From assembly GCF_963921235.1 (NCBI RefSeq), contig NC_086097.1, positions 103,294,001 through 103,358,000 on the forward strand: a stretch of 64,000 nt of DNA, read 5' to 3'. The stretch is from Mobula hypostoma. Lineage: Eukaryota. Of this stretch, positions 37,977 to 50,589 are shown piece by piece. Under the pieces are notes generated by a model. That model searched no databases and was not told where the DNA came from. It saw nothing but the letters and a program-made list of their open reading frames with translations. The position numbers were made by a program, and so were the translations under genes. The number at the start of each line of letters is the position of its first letter. Positions within the stretch are counted from its first letter, which is position 1.

Positions 37977-38052
37977 ATGTGGAAATGCAGTATTTCAGAA
38001 GTGTGCATAATTGCATTTATTTTGCTGTCAGAGTTCTGGAGAAACAAGTCAC
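37977..38052 (+). CDS. CDAN1: codanin-1 coding exon 6
   Basis: tttcAG|AT; VEMQYFRSVHNCIYFAVRVLEKQV (cf. human FQSIHDCVFFAVQVLE); donor AC|GTGAGT, phase 2. Not in the ORF track. Confidence 0.92.
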
Positions 38053-38439
38053 GTGAGTTACTTATGTGTTTTTCATTGAACTGCTGGCTACATCTTTCAT
38101 GATCAGCTTATTTTAAATTTTGCTCTGGAAAGGAATAGGACTGACTGCAGAAAATTTGGACTGACCTAAATTGGCATCATGGTCAGCATGGATTAGCTGT
38201 ACTGAGAGGGTCTGTTTTTATGCTGTATTATTTGATGCTTTATAGAACAAGGAGGCCATTTGGCCCATTGTATATATGATAAACACAAAAGAGCCACTTA
38301 GGTAATCAAACTCCCCATGTTTCTGTCCATGACCTTTAGGTCAAAAAACATCAAATTATTATCAAGGAACTTAGAATTTATTTAAGTGAAACGTAAAGTG
38401 TTAATTAATGTGGTGAGAGGAAGTTTGCAAATGCTCTAT

Positions 38440-40620
38440 GGATGTAGTCATGAAATTGTGGAGCATAGAAACAGGCCTTTTGGCCCACCACATCTCTGCC
38501 GACAATTATTCCATATCCCTTTGTTGCCAGCTCAGTTAAGAACCTGTCCAGATGCCTCTTAAATATTGTTGCTCTGTCTGCCTCCACCATTTTCTCTGGA
38601 GCTTGTTCCAGGTGCCGTCTCACTAGTGTAAAATATTTACCCCTCAAATCTGCTCCCTCTCACCTTAAACCTAGACACCCCTACTCTGGCTGTCCGAATA
38701 TGTATACTTCCAATCTCTGTCTTGTGACTTCTCAGTCTCCTTTGCTTTAGGTAAAATAGTCCCAGCCTATCCAATCTCTCTTAATAACTCAAGCCTCGAA
38801 TCCAGGCAATGTCTGTGTGAACCTTTCATCCATCTTCTCTTGTTTATTCGTATCTTTTGTATTGTTGTGAACAGAACTGAACACAGCACTCAAAGTGCGG
38901 CTTAACGAATGTGATGTCCCAACTCCTATACTCAAGACCAGTCTGAAGGCAAACGTGCTATAGACCTTCTTCATCACCCTCTCTACTTGTACTGCCATTT
39001 TCAGGGAGCTATCTATTTGTACCCCAAGGACACTGTTCAGCAACAATTCCTAGGGCTCTGTTAATCACTGTGTTTGTCCCTGCCTGGTTTAACTTCCCAG
39101 AATGCATCACCACATATGTCTGAGTTAAATTCCATTTGTTTCTTCCCTCTAGATCCTGTGGGAACCTTAGATAATCATCTTCATTGCCCACTACGTTACT
39201 TAAAGTGGTTTCATCGACAGCCTTACTCATCAAATGATCTACATTCTCATTCAAGTTGTTAATTAAATGTCAAACAACAAAGGACCCAGCACCAATTTGT
39301 GTAGCACACCATTGATCACAGGTCTCCACTTTTGAGGAAAAACACTCCTTTACTCCCTGTTGACTCCAAGGCAGTTTGAATCCAGTTAACTAGCTATCCC
39401 TGGATCTCATGCGCTTATCCTTCTGGACCAACCTTCCATACAGGACCTGTCAAAGGTCTATTGTCTTCTGTCCTACTCTCATGAGTTCTCTTGGCACATC
39501 TTCAAAAAAAAAATCAAATTCATGAGATGTGGCTTTCCAGGCAGAATCTGATCTGCCTTTAACGTTCATACATTGCAAAAAAATTCAATATCTCAAATCT
39601 CCCACATGTAATTTTCCCACCCTTGATTATCTTTGCTGTTCTCTTAAAAAAGGGTACAACATTGCCAAACATGGAACATAGACATCTACAGCACTTTACA
39701 GGCCTTTTGGCCGACAGTGTTGTGCTGACCATGAACCTACTCTAGAAACTGCTGAGAATTTCCCTACTGCATAGTCCTCTATTTTTCTAAGCTCCACATA
39801 CCTATCTAAATCTCTTACAAGACCCTATTGTATCGGCCTTTACCACCGTCACTGGCAGTGCATTCCACACACCCACCACTCTCAGTGTGAAAAACTTACC
39901 TCTGACAACCCCCTTGTATTACTTCCAAGCACCTTAAAACTATGTCCCCTCATGTTAGCCATTTCAGCCCTGGGAAAAAGCCTCTGGCTATCCAGTTGAT
40001 CAATGCCTCTCATCATCTGAAACACCCCTATCAGGTTACCTTTCATCCTCCGTTGTTACAAGGAGAAAAGGCCGAGTTCATTCAACCTATTCTCATTAGG
40101 GATACTCTCCAATCCAGGCAACGACCTTGTAAATCATCAAGTCTTCTGGTGCCTCACTTGTGGTTAATGAAGTTACAAAAGTCTCTGTTGGGCCTCCAGC
40201 AATTCCCTACTTGCTTCTCATAACATCCTAAGGAAAATGTGGTCATGCCCCTCGAATTTATCTATCTTTATGCATTTCATGACTTATAACACCCTCATCC
40301 TTTGTAATATCAATAAGTTCCAGGATATCACAGTTCCCTCTCCTGACTTCACAAGTTTCCCTGTCTTTTGCCAGGGTAAATTCAGATGAGAAGTACTCAT
40401 TGAAGCCCTCACCCATTTCTTGACACTCTGTACATAAGTTGCACAAAGATTAAGAAGCCCTACTCTCTTTCCCTTGCTACCTTTTACTGTTTATATGCTT
40501 ATACAATCTTCCAGCATTTTCTTTTATCTTACTTGTCTGGGATATTTTATAGCCTTTTATTTTGCCCTCCTGATTTCTTCAGGTATATTCCTATTTAAGA
40601 GACTTGTTTGATCCCAATTA
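38440..40620 (-). mobile_element. old CR1 LINE with younger CR1 3' fragment nested at ~39675-40135
   Basis: Decayed minus-strand CR1 ORF2 motifs (FNEYFSS, VMHSGKLN, FKRHLD). Confidence 0.7.
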
Positions 40621-43600
40621 TCTATACCTATTAGTAATGAACTATACTGAAATTTCAGGCGTTCTGAGTTTTTCAGATTATCTGAGTAATTTGCACTTCT
40701 AGCTTTGTATGTGTACAACTGCACTGGTCATGATAATGCTTAAATCCAAAGCCAAATTCAATTCCAAACGTACTGAAGGATGAAGTGCACAACAAAATTA
40801 ATGAGGGATGAGAAATGCTTGCTGGGAACAGTACTAGCCATATCTAAAATATAGATGCTAACCCCATGAAGCTTCAGCATACGAGTACGTATGTGCAAGG
40901 CATCAAAACCACCATGCAATGGACATAGCTACTTGATTCCACATTAAATAGATTCTGTCCATCTGTATCAAGCCAGTAATTGTATGACCAATGAAGCAAA
41001 CAACAGATGCTGAGGCATCCTTGACTTTGATGATGGTGCTCAACATGACAATACTAAAGATGGAGCTGAAGCATTGACAACCACGTTCAGCCAGAATATG
41101 GTGATCCAATGAAAAGCAAACAATGGTAGATGCTGGAAATCTGAAATTAAAACACAAAATTCTTAGTATGCTCGGCAGGTCATGTAGCATCCGTGGAGAG
41201 AGAAATAGTTAACTCTTCAGTTTGGTAACTTCATTGTGTATAATAGCAATCTCCCGAGATTCTCACCATTGCTGAAGCCAAGTTTAAGTCAATTTGAATC
41301 ACTTCACATTAAGAAAGAGCTGAGAGCACTGAATGTACAGCAGTGGCTAAGACATCAGACAACATCCTGAGAGTAGTACAAAAGACATGCTCCAGAATTA
41401 GCCACATCTCCAACCAAGCGACTCTAATACAGTTAAAACACTAACCTGTAACCATTTCACAATAAGCAGGACAAATCTAGTCTGTCTAATTACCACCCAA
41501 TTAATCCACCCTCAATAAGGCAGTGGTATCACAGGACACCTAACCTCCAATAACCTGTTCATTTCTCAGTTTGGGATTTGCCAAGACCACTGCATCTCAG
41601 ACCTTATCGCAGCCTAGATCTAATTGTGGACTGTAGGTCTGAATGCTAGAAGTGAGGTGAGAATGACTTCACATCATGGCAGAGAATTTGACAAAGTACA
41701 CTAAGGAGCCTTGGTAAAATCGAATCAATGGGTATTAAGATGAAGGTATTCCATTAGTAGGAGTTGTTCCTTTCACAAAGAAAGGTGCTTGTGGTTGTTG
41801 CAGGGTCAGTCATCTGAGCTGCTTGAGTTCCTCCTTCAGTGAGTCTTCATCTTGGCTGTCCCAGTTGATTGAAATTCAACTGGATTACTCATATTAATAA
41901 TGTGCCTAAAAGAGCAATTCAAAGAGAAAAATGGCAAGTTCCCTTTGGGACATAATCAGAGGACTGTGCAGGCCAGAGGGTGGCAAGCTCAGGGGAACTA
42001 TCAGTGCTTTCCCCTCCCCCCCCCCAATCAAAGTCCAGATAGTCTACAGTGTGTGGTTCACCTCCTGTCATTACCAAAGCCTCTGCACCATTCACAGAAA
42101 ACCCAAGTCAGGAGTGTGAGGGAACGCTTTCCATTTGCATGGATGAGTGTAGCTCTGCTTAAGACCCAAGAAGTTCAATGTCACTCAACAAAGCAACATG
42201 TCTGATGTCCCATCAGCCATAGGAAATATTCACTCAATCTACCACTATGGCATAGTGGGTGCAATAGGTGCTACTGACACAGCAGTTTATTACTGAAATT
42301 ACTTCCAGAGCACATGCCAGGTCTTGACCTCTGCTGCCCAGAAGGATGAAAACAGCAGGTGCATGAGAACACCAATCTGTCATCATCACTAGGTTTTTAA
42401 ATTGAAACTTTTCTTATGCAGCTGTTATGTTGTGTTGGCTTAAAGGCAACACACACAAAATGCTGCACAAACTCAGCAGGTCAGGCAGCATATATGAAGG
42501 GAAATGAACAGTTGACATTTTGGGCCAAGAGCTTTCATCAGGTCTGAAAAGAAGAAGGACAAAATCCAAAATAAAAGGGTGTGGGGTAGTGATCAGCATG
42601 AGCTGGCAGGTGATAGGTAAATCCAGGTGAGAGGGGGAAGGGAAAAGGACAGGAAAGGGGCAAAATTGGGAATGATGTTCAAAGTAAATTTATTATCAAA
42701 GTACAGGTATGTCACTATATGCAACCCTGAGATTCATTTTCTTGCGGTATTGCGGTAATGTAAAAAGAAAAAAAAAGCAATAAATATTGAGAGCATGATG
42801 TGAACAGTCTTTGAAAATGAGTCCATAGGTTGTGGGAACAATTCTGTGTTGTGTGAATGAAGTTTATCTTCCCTGGTTCAAGAGCCTGATGGTTGAGGGG
42901 CAATAGCTATTAGAACCTGGTGGTGTGGGTACTGAGGATCCTGTACTTCCTTCCTGATGGCAGCAGTGAGAAGAGAATGGTGGGGGTCCTTGATGGATGC
43001 TACTTTCTAGTGAGACCACTCCTTGTAGATGTGCTCAGTGGTGGGGAGGGCTTTACCCATGATGGAATGGACTAGACTGAACTGTACCCACTATATTTTG
43101 TAGGCTTTTCTGTTCAAGGGCATTGGTGTTTTCATACCAGGCTGCAATGCAACTAGATATGAGAAAGTGGGAGATGGTGGATGGAAGAAGCAAAGGGCTG
43201 AAGAAGATGGATAGCAGACCGAGGAGGAATAGAGTGTAGTTGGTTGTATCTAGTGCACGAGCAAGCCTTCCTCCACATTTGGCTAATGATGTGTTAGATG
43301 AAGCTTGGGAGTAAAGTAGGTTTTCATTTCCAGTTTTGGAAATTAATGTTTTTGGAATTTTCTGATAATATTTCTCCACAAGTTATCAGACACACCTTGC
43401 ATGAAATGAACCTGCCTAAAACTGAGAGTTCATTGTCTGTACCCTATTATCAAGTGGACTATACAAAGAGGGAGATTGGCATGCTTGGAGAGTTCTCTTG
43501 AAAGGTTATTGATGTGAAACATTAATTCTGTTTTCTTATCCATGAATACTGTTTGATCTGCTGAGTACTTCTGGCATAATCTGTTTTTATTTCTTAGATT

Positions 43601-43697
43601 GTTAGCTGATGTCATTTGTGAAGCTAGGGGGTGCAGATTTATAGCTAGAGGAAGTATAAACTGAGAACAGCTAGATTTCCTGGTCATATTGCTAACA

Positions 43698-44356
43698 TGA
43701 AACCCCTGGTTTCCTTGGCTGCGTAAATCTAGGGAAAGCACTCTCCGCTCCCACTAAACTTATGAGACTGAGATGGCGCTCCTGCTCTAAACCACCGTTT
43801 GTGTGGATCTGTGTAATTTGCTACCCTGTTACAAATTAGTGCCAGAAATAACAGACAGTACATTAACATATGATTAAAGGAATTATATTTATGAATCTTA
43901 ACTAAAGGGTTAGTAAAGAAAAACAAAAAGAAAAGGGCCCATGTTAATTGAACAGTCAAATGTGCACAAGTTGGACCTCATCTTGAACTTCTCTGTCACT
44001 CACGCGCTGGTCTCTCAGTCAATGTGAAAGCACACACCACCTTCCGATCGTCGCTCGCAATCCATCTCGAACAAACGGATCTCCCACCGGGTCATATCCT
44101 ATGACTGGTTCTCCCCAGCGTCTTCTCTCTTCATGTCCCACTGAACCAAAAAAAAACCCCAAGGCCAACCTTAGTGTTCCTCACCAGAGAAATCTCCCCT
44201 CAGCTCTCCCACCCTAATTGGATAGATCGCACTCATTCCTCCTCAGCCCTTATCATCAACAATAACCCAAACAAACTGAAAACAGAACAAACTGCTCTTA
44301 CAGAACTGCTAAATGAAATACAACATAACAGCAAAAATATGAACCAGGGCATTACA
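43698..44356 (-). mobile_element. probable solo LTR related to the Gypsy LTR at 18198
   Basis: Shares TCTAGGGAAAGCA, TGTGTGGAT, AGGGTTAGTAAAGAAAA...GGGCCC blocks; ends ATTACA; no clean TSD. Confidence 0.65.
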
Positions 44357-44599
44357 CATATAAACATGGTTACATGTGCTGATATTGATGAAGAGCAAGT
44401 TAGAGCTTGTGGTGATGGAATCCACAATTGGATAGTCTGCTTATTTAGCTGTTGAGAGTAATTTCATGCATAGTGAAGAATGATTGGTGGCTGTGATCTG
44501 TGGTATAAATATTAAGGATGTTTTAAGAAAAACCTGTAAAATGGATACAATAATAACTATGCACCTTGAACTAATTAATTATTATTTTACTTTTGGTAG

Positions 44600-44720
44600 G
44601 ATGATTTCCTACTTAGATAAAGGTACCATAAGGCTCCTTGGTGAGAATGACCGAATTGGCATGTTCTCTGCTACATTACGTGACCAGCTGAACTGTGCCC
44701 ATGAGGCTTGTACTGCCCAG
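44600..44720 (+). CDS. CDAN1: codanin-1 coding exon 7
   Basis: ttttggtAG|G; MISYLDKGTIRLLGENDRI...CTAQ; donor CAG|GTAAGA, phase 0. Confidence 0.93.
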
Positions 44721-44912
44721 GTAAGATAATTCAGCCAGATCTTTATCTTTGTCTTGTTATCTTATGGTAACCTGAATTCATTAATTTAACTGGCTGCTTG
44801 TTTAAATTTTCCCATGAGTAGATTTCATAGTGACTGGACATGTACCATACTATTACTTATTAATTCTTATTTCCTGCTTCCCAGTATTTGGATTAAGTGT
44901 TAACCTTGTACC

Positions 44913-45600
44913 TGTAGCCCCCCTGGCCAGCCTCAGGGTCACTCGGCTTGCTGTCGTCTAGGGAAACAGCCCTCGGCCCCGCCAAACTGGGTAATTAGTT
45001 TGTGTGGATGCTGTGTGATGTTCCCCACCCTGCCCAAATAACAGACAATACACCAGATATGATTAAATGATTTACAGTTTATAGATATTACTGGAACTAT
45101 ATAATTAATAGAGAATAAAATATTAAAGGAAAGTAAAAGGCGCCACACTTATCAAAGTTCAATCTCTTCGTGCACAAACAGTTGGAGCTCAGGACCCTTC
45201 TTCTTCACTCTGCGACCCCTCAGATCACCTCGACCGGCCGCCTGGGACCAACAACGGTGGTCGACCAGACGCTCCACACAAGTCCGTCTCTGTCTCCTCT
45301 CCTCGCTGAACTTACAGCACTTAGTTAGTGGACTCACAGCACCTGTTCCATCCTCTGTCTCTCTCTCCCGCCTTCTGCCCCAAAACCCCGCGCATACAAT
45401 ATCTTACAGACACACCAAAGCATAACAACTATCCCAATTGGTTCATTCGTCCTCTTATCAATAGATAATCCAAAGCAAACTGCTAGCGGAAGGGCTTTCT
45501 CAGCAGTTAATGTAACAAAGAAGCCCTTTCAGTTATAACATAACAAAGAAGCCATTTTAATTAGACTACGCAGTGACATAAAAAAAGAAACCCCCTTACA
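44913..45600 (-). mobile_element. Gypsy solo LTR
   Basis: TGTA...TACA ends, 4-bp TSD TACC (44909-44912, 45601-45604); shares CGTCTAGGG..GGCCCCGCCAAACTG and GTGTGGATGCTGTGTGATG with LTR at 18198. Confidence 0.88.
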
Positions 45601-46355
45601 TACCTTCCAAGTGAAACTTCAGTAGGAAGAAGTGAAGGTTGGAAAATGTAAGTTGCTGCCAATCGGCCATTGCTGAATGGCCATTCATACCAACTATAAA
45701 CTATCTGTACACCCTAAATAGAGTTTACTATTTTTTCCTGGCTAGGTTATATCTGTAGGACTTCATCTTCAGTTAGTTAAATATTAGAAGCAAGGTACCA
45801 GAGTTGTGAAGATATGGTAAAGCAAAGAGTAGAAACAAGGTCAGAGAGAAAGGTATCAATATGGGAAACATCAAATCCACTGTGACAGAAAGAAAGAGGT
45901 AGTAGCCTAAGAGTAAATTGCTGGACAAGGCTGAAGGTTACAAAAGTAATTAAAGGGTGAAACTAAATGTTCCTAACTTTACAAAACATTCAAAGCAAAA
46001 CAGATGAATTGGGAGCATCACTAGAAATAAATGTGATTTGACTGCAGAGTAGATTTCATAGTGACTGGGCAAGTCTTGTACAGTTACTTATTAGCACTGA
46101 ATATTGAAGGGTTCGTGACATTAAGGAAGGACACAAAGTTAAGATGGAGGAGTGGCTATATTAATAATGGTCAGAGCATTAGAAAAAGAAGACCCAAATA
46201 AATTAAGGTGTGGAAGTGTTTTGGATGTAGGCATTCAAGTCTAGAGATCGAGAACGTGACAAGAGATGCAGGTATGATCTCTGGAAAGCTATCTCACAGG
46301 TGAAGTGGAGATTCCAAATTAGGCTGGAATCGACGAGGGATGCTTGACAGCTGTG

Positions 46356-46513
46356 AACAACAGGAATTCTGCAGATGCTGGAAATTCAAGCAACATACAT
46401 CAAAGTTGCTGGTGAACGCAGCAGGCCAAGCAGCATCTATAGGAAGAGGTGCAGTCGACGTTTCAGGCCAAGACCCTTCGTCAGGACTAACTGAAGGAAG
46501 AGTGAGTAAGGGA
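46356..46513 (-). mobile_element. 158-bp Penelope pLTR insertion
   Basis: 12-bp TSD TTGACAGCTGTG (46344-46355, 46514-46525); same family as 34577 and 35314. Confidence 0.88.
46453..46488 (-). ncRNA. minimal type-I hammerhead ribozyme motif
   Basis: Minus: AGUC-CUGACGA-AGG(GUCUUGG)CCU-GAAA-C-GUC^GACU: intact core, stem II AGG/CCU, stem I AGUC/GACU, helix III reduced to palindromic ACGU. Confidence 0.75.
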
Positions 46514-47582
46514 TTGACAGCTGTGGCAGGGTTTAATTCATAATCCCTACAAATTTAAATCTTGCAATATAGGGGACAGCAGAGCTTTGCTTCCAGAAGA
46601 GCTCAATGCTTTTTATGTTCGCTTTGATCACCAGAACAGGGAGGCGATGTCTCCCGGTGATCCTTTGGTCTCAGTATTTGAAAATGACGTGCAGGCTGCC
46701 TTCAAGAGGGTGAATCTAAGGAAAGCAACCAGTCTGGATGGAGTACCTGGCTGATTACTGAGACCTGTGCTGACCAACTGGCTTGTGTATTCATGGATAT
46801 CTTCAATCTTTAGCTCTCGTAGTGTGTGGTACCCACCTGCTTCAAGTTAGTTTAATCATACTGGTGCCCAAGAAGAGTGTGGTAATCTGTCTCAATGACT
46901 ATCAGCCAGTGGCATATACATCCACAGTGATGAAGTGTTTTGAGAGGCTGGTATTGAAGCATATCAACTCCTGTCTGACGACTTGGATCCGTTCCAATTC
47001 ACCCAACGGAACAACAGGTCCACAGCAGATGCTATCTCATTAGCTCTTCACACAACTCTGGAACATCTGGATAGCAATGCTGCATACATCAGGCTGCTCC
47101 TTATTGATTACAGCTCAGCATTTAACACCAATATTCCCTCAAAGCTAATCAGTAAACTTTAAGACTTGGGCCTCAATACCCCCTGGTGCAATTGAATCCT
47201 GGATTTCCTCAGATGTAGACCCCAGTCAGTTTGGATTGGCAAAAACATCTCCACAATCACCATCAGCAAAGGAGCACCACAGGGATATATGCTTAGCCCC
47301 CTGCTCTACTCAGTTTACACCTATGTGTGGCTAAGTACAGTTCTAACACCACATACAAATTTGCTGATGACACCGGTGTTGTGGATTGTATCAAAGGTGG
47401 TGATGAATCAGCATACATGAGGGATATTGAAATATTGTCTGAGTGATGTAATAACCTTTCATTCAATGTTAGCAAGACCAAGAGCTGATTGTAGACTTAA
47501 GGAGAAGGAAACCAGAGGTCCATGAGCTAGTACTCATTGGAGGATCAGGAGTGGAGGGGGTAAGTAACTTTAAATTCCTGGG

Positions 47583-47697
47583 AACATACATCAAAGTTGC
47601 TGGTGAACGCAGCAGGCCAAGCAGCATCTATAGGAAGAGGCGCAGTCGACGTTTCAGGCCGAGACCCTTCGTCAGGACCAACTGAAGGAAGAGTGAG
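47583..47697 (-). mobile_element. 115-bp Penelope pLTR insertion inside the Rex1-like LINE
   Basis: 12-bp TSD TAAATTCCTGGG (47571-47582, 47698-47709). Confidence 0.88.
47644..47679 (-). ncRNA. minimal type-I hammerhead ribozyme motif
   Basis: Minus: GGUC-CUGACGA-AGG(GUCUCGG)CCU-GAAA-C-GUC^GACU; intact core. Confidence 0.75.
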
Positions 47698-48265
47698 TAA
47701 ATTCCTGGGTGTCACTATCTCAGGTGACCTATCCTGGACCCATCATATGAGTATAAATGCAAAGAAATCACGACAGCGCCTCTACTTCCTCAGGAGTACG
47801 CAGAGATTCGGCATGTCATCAAAATCCTTGGCAGACTTCTATAGAAGTGTGGCAGATACTGTGCTGACTGACTGTATTATGGCCTGGTATGGGTACACTA
47901 CTGCCTTTGGTGCAAAATTCTACAAAAGGTAGTGGATTTGGCCCAGAACATCACGAGTAAAACCCTCCCAATCACTGAGCACATCTACGTGAAACATTAC
48001 TGTAGAAAAGCAGCATATATCACCACAGATCCCCACCACCCAGGCCATGCTCTTTTCTCACTGCTGCCATTAGATAGAAGGTACAAGTGCCTCAGGATTC
48101 ACACCACCAGGTTCGAGAACAGTTACTCCTCCTCAACCATCAGGTTCTTGAACAAAAGGGGATACCTACACTCATTCTACTTCTGGCGTTCCCACAGATG
48201 ATGGTCTCACTTTAAGGACTCTTTATCTTGTTACTTCATGCTCATTATTTACTGCTGTTTATTTA

Positions 48266-49868
48266 TAGTTGCAAGAAAAAGCTAATGAACCTTTTGCAAT
48301 TACTTGATTTTCTGCTTTAATTACTCATAGAATATGGTCTGATCTTCATCTAAGTCACAATAATAGACAAACACAAATCTACCTAAACTAATAACACACA
48401 AATAATTGTACTTCTCATGTTGTTATTGAACACATTGTTTAATCATTCATAGTCCAGGCTGGAAAAAGTATGTGAACCCTTGTATTTAATGTTTAATAAC
48501 TGAAAAAACCTCCTTTAGCAGCAATTACCTCCACCAATTTCCTGTAGTTGCAGATCAGACTTGCCCAATGGCAAGGAGGAATTTTGGACCATTCCTCCAT
48601 ACAAAAATGTTTCAGTTCATCAATATTTCTGGGATACCTTGCATGGACAACCCTCTTCAGGTCATGCCACAGCAACTCTATTGGGTTAAGTTCTAGACTC
48701 TGACTTGGCCATTCGAAAACATGAATTTTCTTCTTTTTAAACCATTTTGTTGATTTACTCTTGTGTTTTGGATCATTGTCTTGTTGTATCATCAAACTTC
48801 TATTAAGCTTCAGGTGATGATACCCTAATATTCTCCTGTGAAATGTCTTGATAAAATTTTGAATTCGTTGTTCCCTCAGCAATTTTAGCTGTCCAAGCCC
48901 TGAGACAGCCAAACAGCCTGAAACCATGATGCTACTTCTGCCATTCTTCACAGTTGGGATGAAGTTTTGGTGCTGATGTGCAGTGCCCTTTTTCCTTCAA
49001 ACATAGCTGTGTGCATTTCTGCTGAAAAGCTCAACTTTTGTCTCATCTGTCTGTAGAAGTGTTTGTCCTGGATTGTCCCAGAAGTGTTATGAAACATTTA
49101 GGCAGTCTTCTGCAAGCTTCAGACATGCAGCAATGTTTTTTTCTTGGAAAGCAGTGATTTCCTCTGTGGTGTCCTTCCATGCACACCATTCTTGTTTAGT
49201 GTTTTTCTTGTAGTGGACGCATGAACAGAGACTTAAGGAGCTCAAGAGATTTCTGCAAGTCTTTTACCGTTACCCTTGGGTTCTTTTTCACCTTCAAAAT
49301 TGCATGTTGTGCTCTTGGTGTCATCTTTGCAGGGAGAATAGCAACAGTACTGAATTTTCTCTATTTGTAGATCATTTCTTTTACTGTGGATTGTTGAACA
49401 CTCAGGTCATTAGAAATGCTTTTGTAGCCTTTTCCAGCTTCATGAATATCTAGGAACCTCTGAAATTATTCTAAGGTCCTCTGCAAATTGTTTTGATTGA
49501 GGCATGGTGCTCATAAACAGATCTTTCTTGAGAAGAGCAGGCTCTGTCAGTAACATGACTTTTTTATAGTGCACCTCTACAACCCACACCTCCAATCTCA
49601 TCTCATTGATTGGAACACCTAACTCCAAATAGCTTTGTAGAAGGCGTTACCCCGAGGATCACCTACTTCTTTGAATCTAGACTGTGGTTGTTTAAATTAT
49701 ATACTCAGTATTGACGAGAAGAAATAGAATTGTTTGTGTGTTATTATTTTAGGCAGATTGTGTTTGTCTATTATTGTGACTTTGATGAACATGGTACCAC
49801 ATTTTATGAATAATTAATGCAGAAAACCATGTAATTGAAAAGGATTCACAAACTTTTTTTTGCAGCTG
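48266..49868 (-). mobile_element. full-length decayed Tc1 transposon (IR/DR type)
   Basis: ~200-bp imperfect TIRs beginning (C/T)AG(T/C)TGCAA..AAAAG, inner repeat GAAAAAGTATGTGAACCCTT ~48461, TA flanks; ORF 48493-48951 with QQDNDPKH and WPSQS.ELNPIE (DD34E). Confidence 0.9.
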
Positions 49869-50589
49869 TATATTTGCATTTGCACAGTTTGTTGCTCATT
49901 GCTCCTGCTTAGTTATTGTTCCATAGATTTGCTAAGTGTGCCCACAGAAAAAGAAACTCAGGGTTGTATGTTGTGACATGTATGTACTCTCATAATAAAT
50001 TTTACTTTGACTTTGTATCTGCCTGGTCCTATCCACCGCACCTGGAGTATAGTCCTCCGTAAGCCTGTCATCCATGTACCTATCCATATTTATGGAGATT
50101 TTAGAACACTGCAGCACAGAAACAGGCCACTTGTGTTGCTGCAGTCTATGAGAAATATACCTTGTTGCAAATGTACACAATTCTACATACCTCACGGTAT
50201 GAAAAGGACTGTCAAATGATTTTATATTGTTGCCCTTTTTATTTAAGAAATCTGGCTTGTTGCAAAAGTACATAATTCTACGTGCTGCCTGCCCCAGCTG
50301 GAAGGGAGAGAGAGGTATAATTAGGAATGTGGATAGAGAGCGAAATAGAAAGAAGCTGAAACTCGAACAATCTCCTTAACTATGACTTTTCAGCCTCCTT
50401 GTCTCTTCTAGTATTGCATATGACACAAAAATTGTGAGTTATGGATAGCGGAGAAGTTTGTTAAAGAATGCAGGCTTGTCAAAGCTTGCCTCACTATTCA
50501 TTGTGATCAGAGCTGTTCATTGCTGGTTGTAACTCCTCTTCTGACAGTTCTCCACAATTCTGAAATCCTCTGGTTATTTTTTTGGAAAC

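Larger units (their letters stand above)
46575..48265 (+). mobile_element. Rex1/Babar-like LINE (3' UTR continues at ~49869-50008 after the Tc1)
   Basis: [68 protein letters not shown] motifs. Confidence 0.85.
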
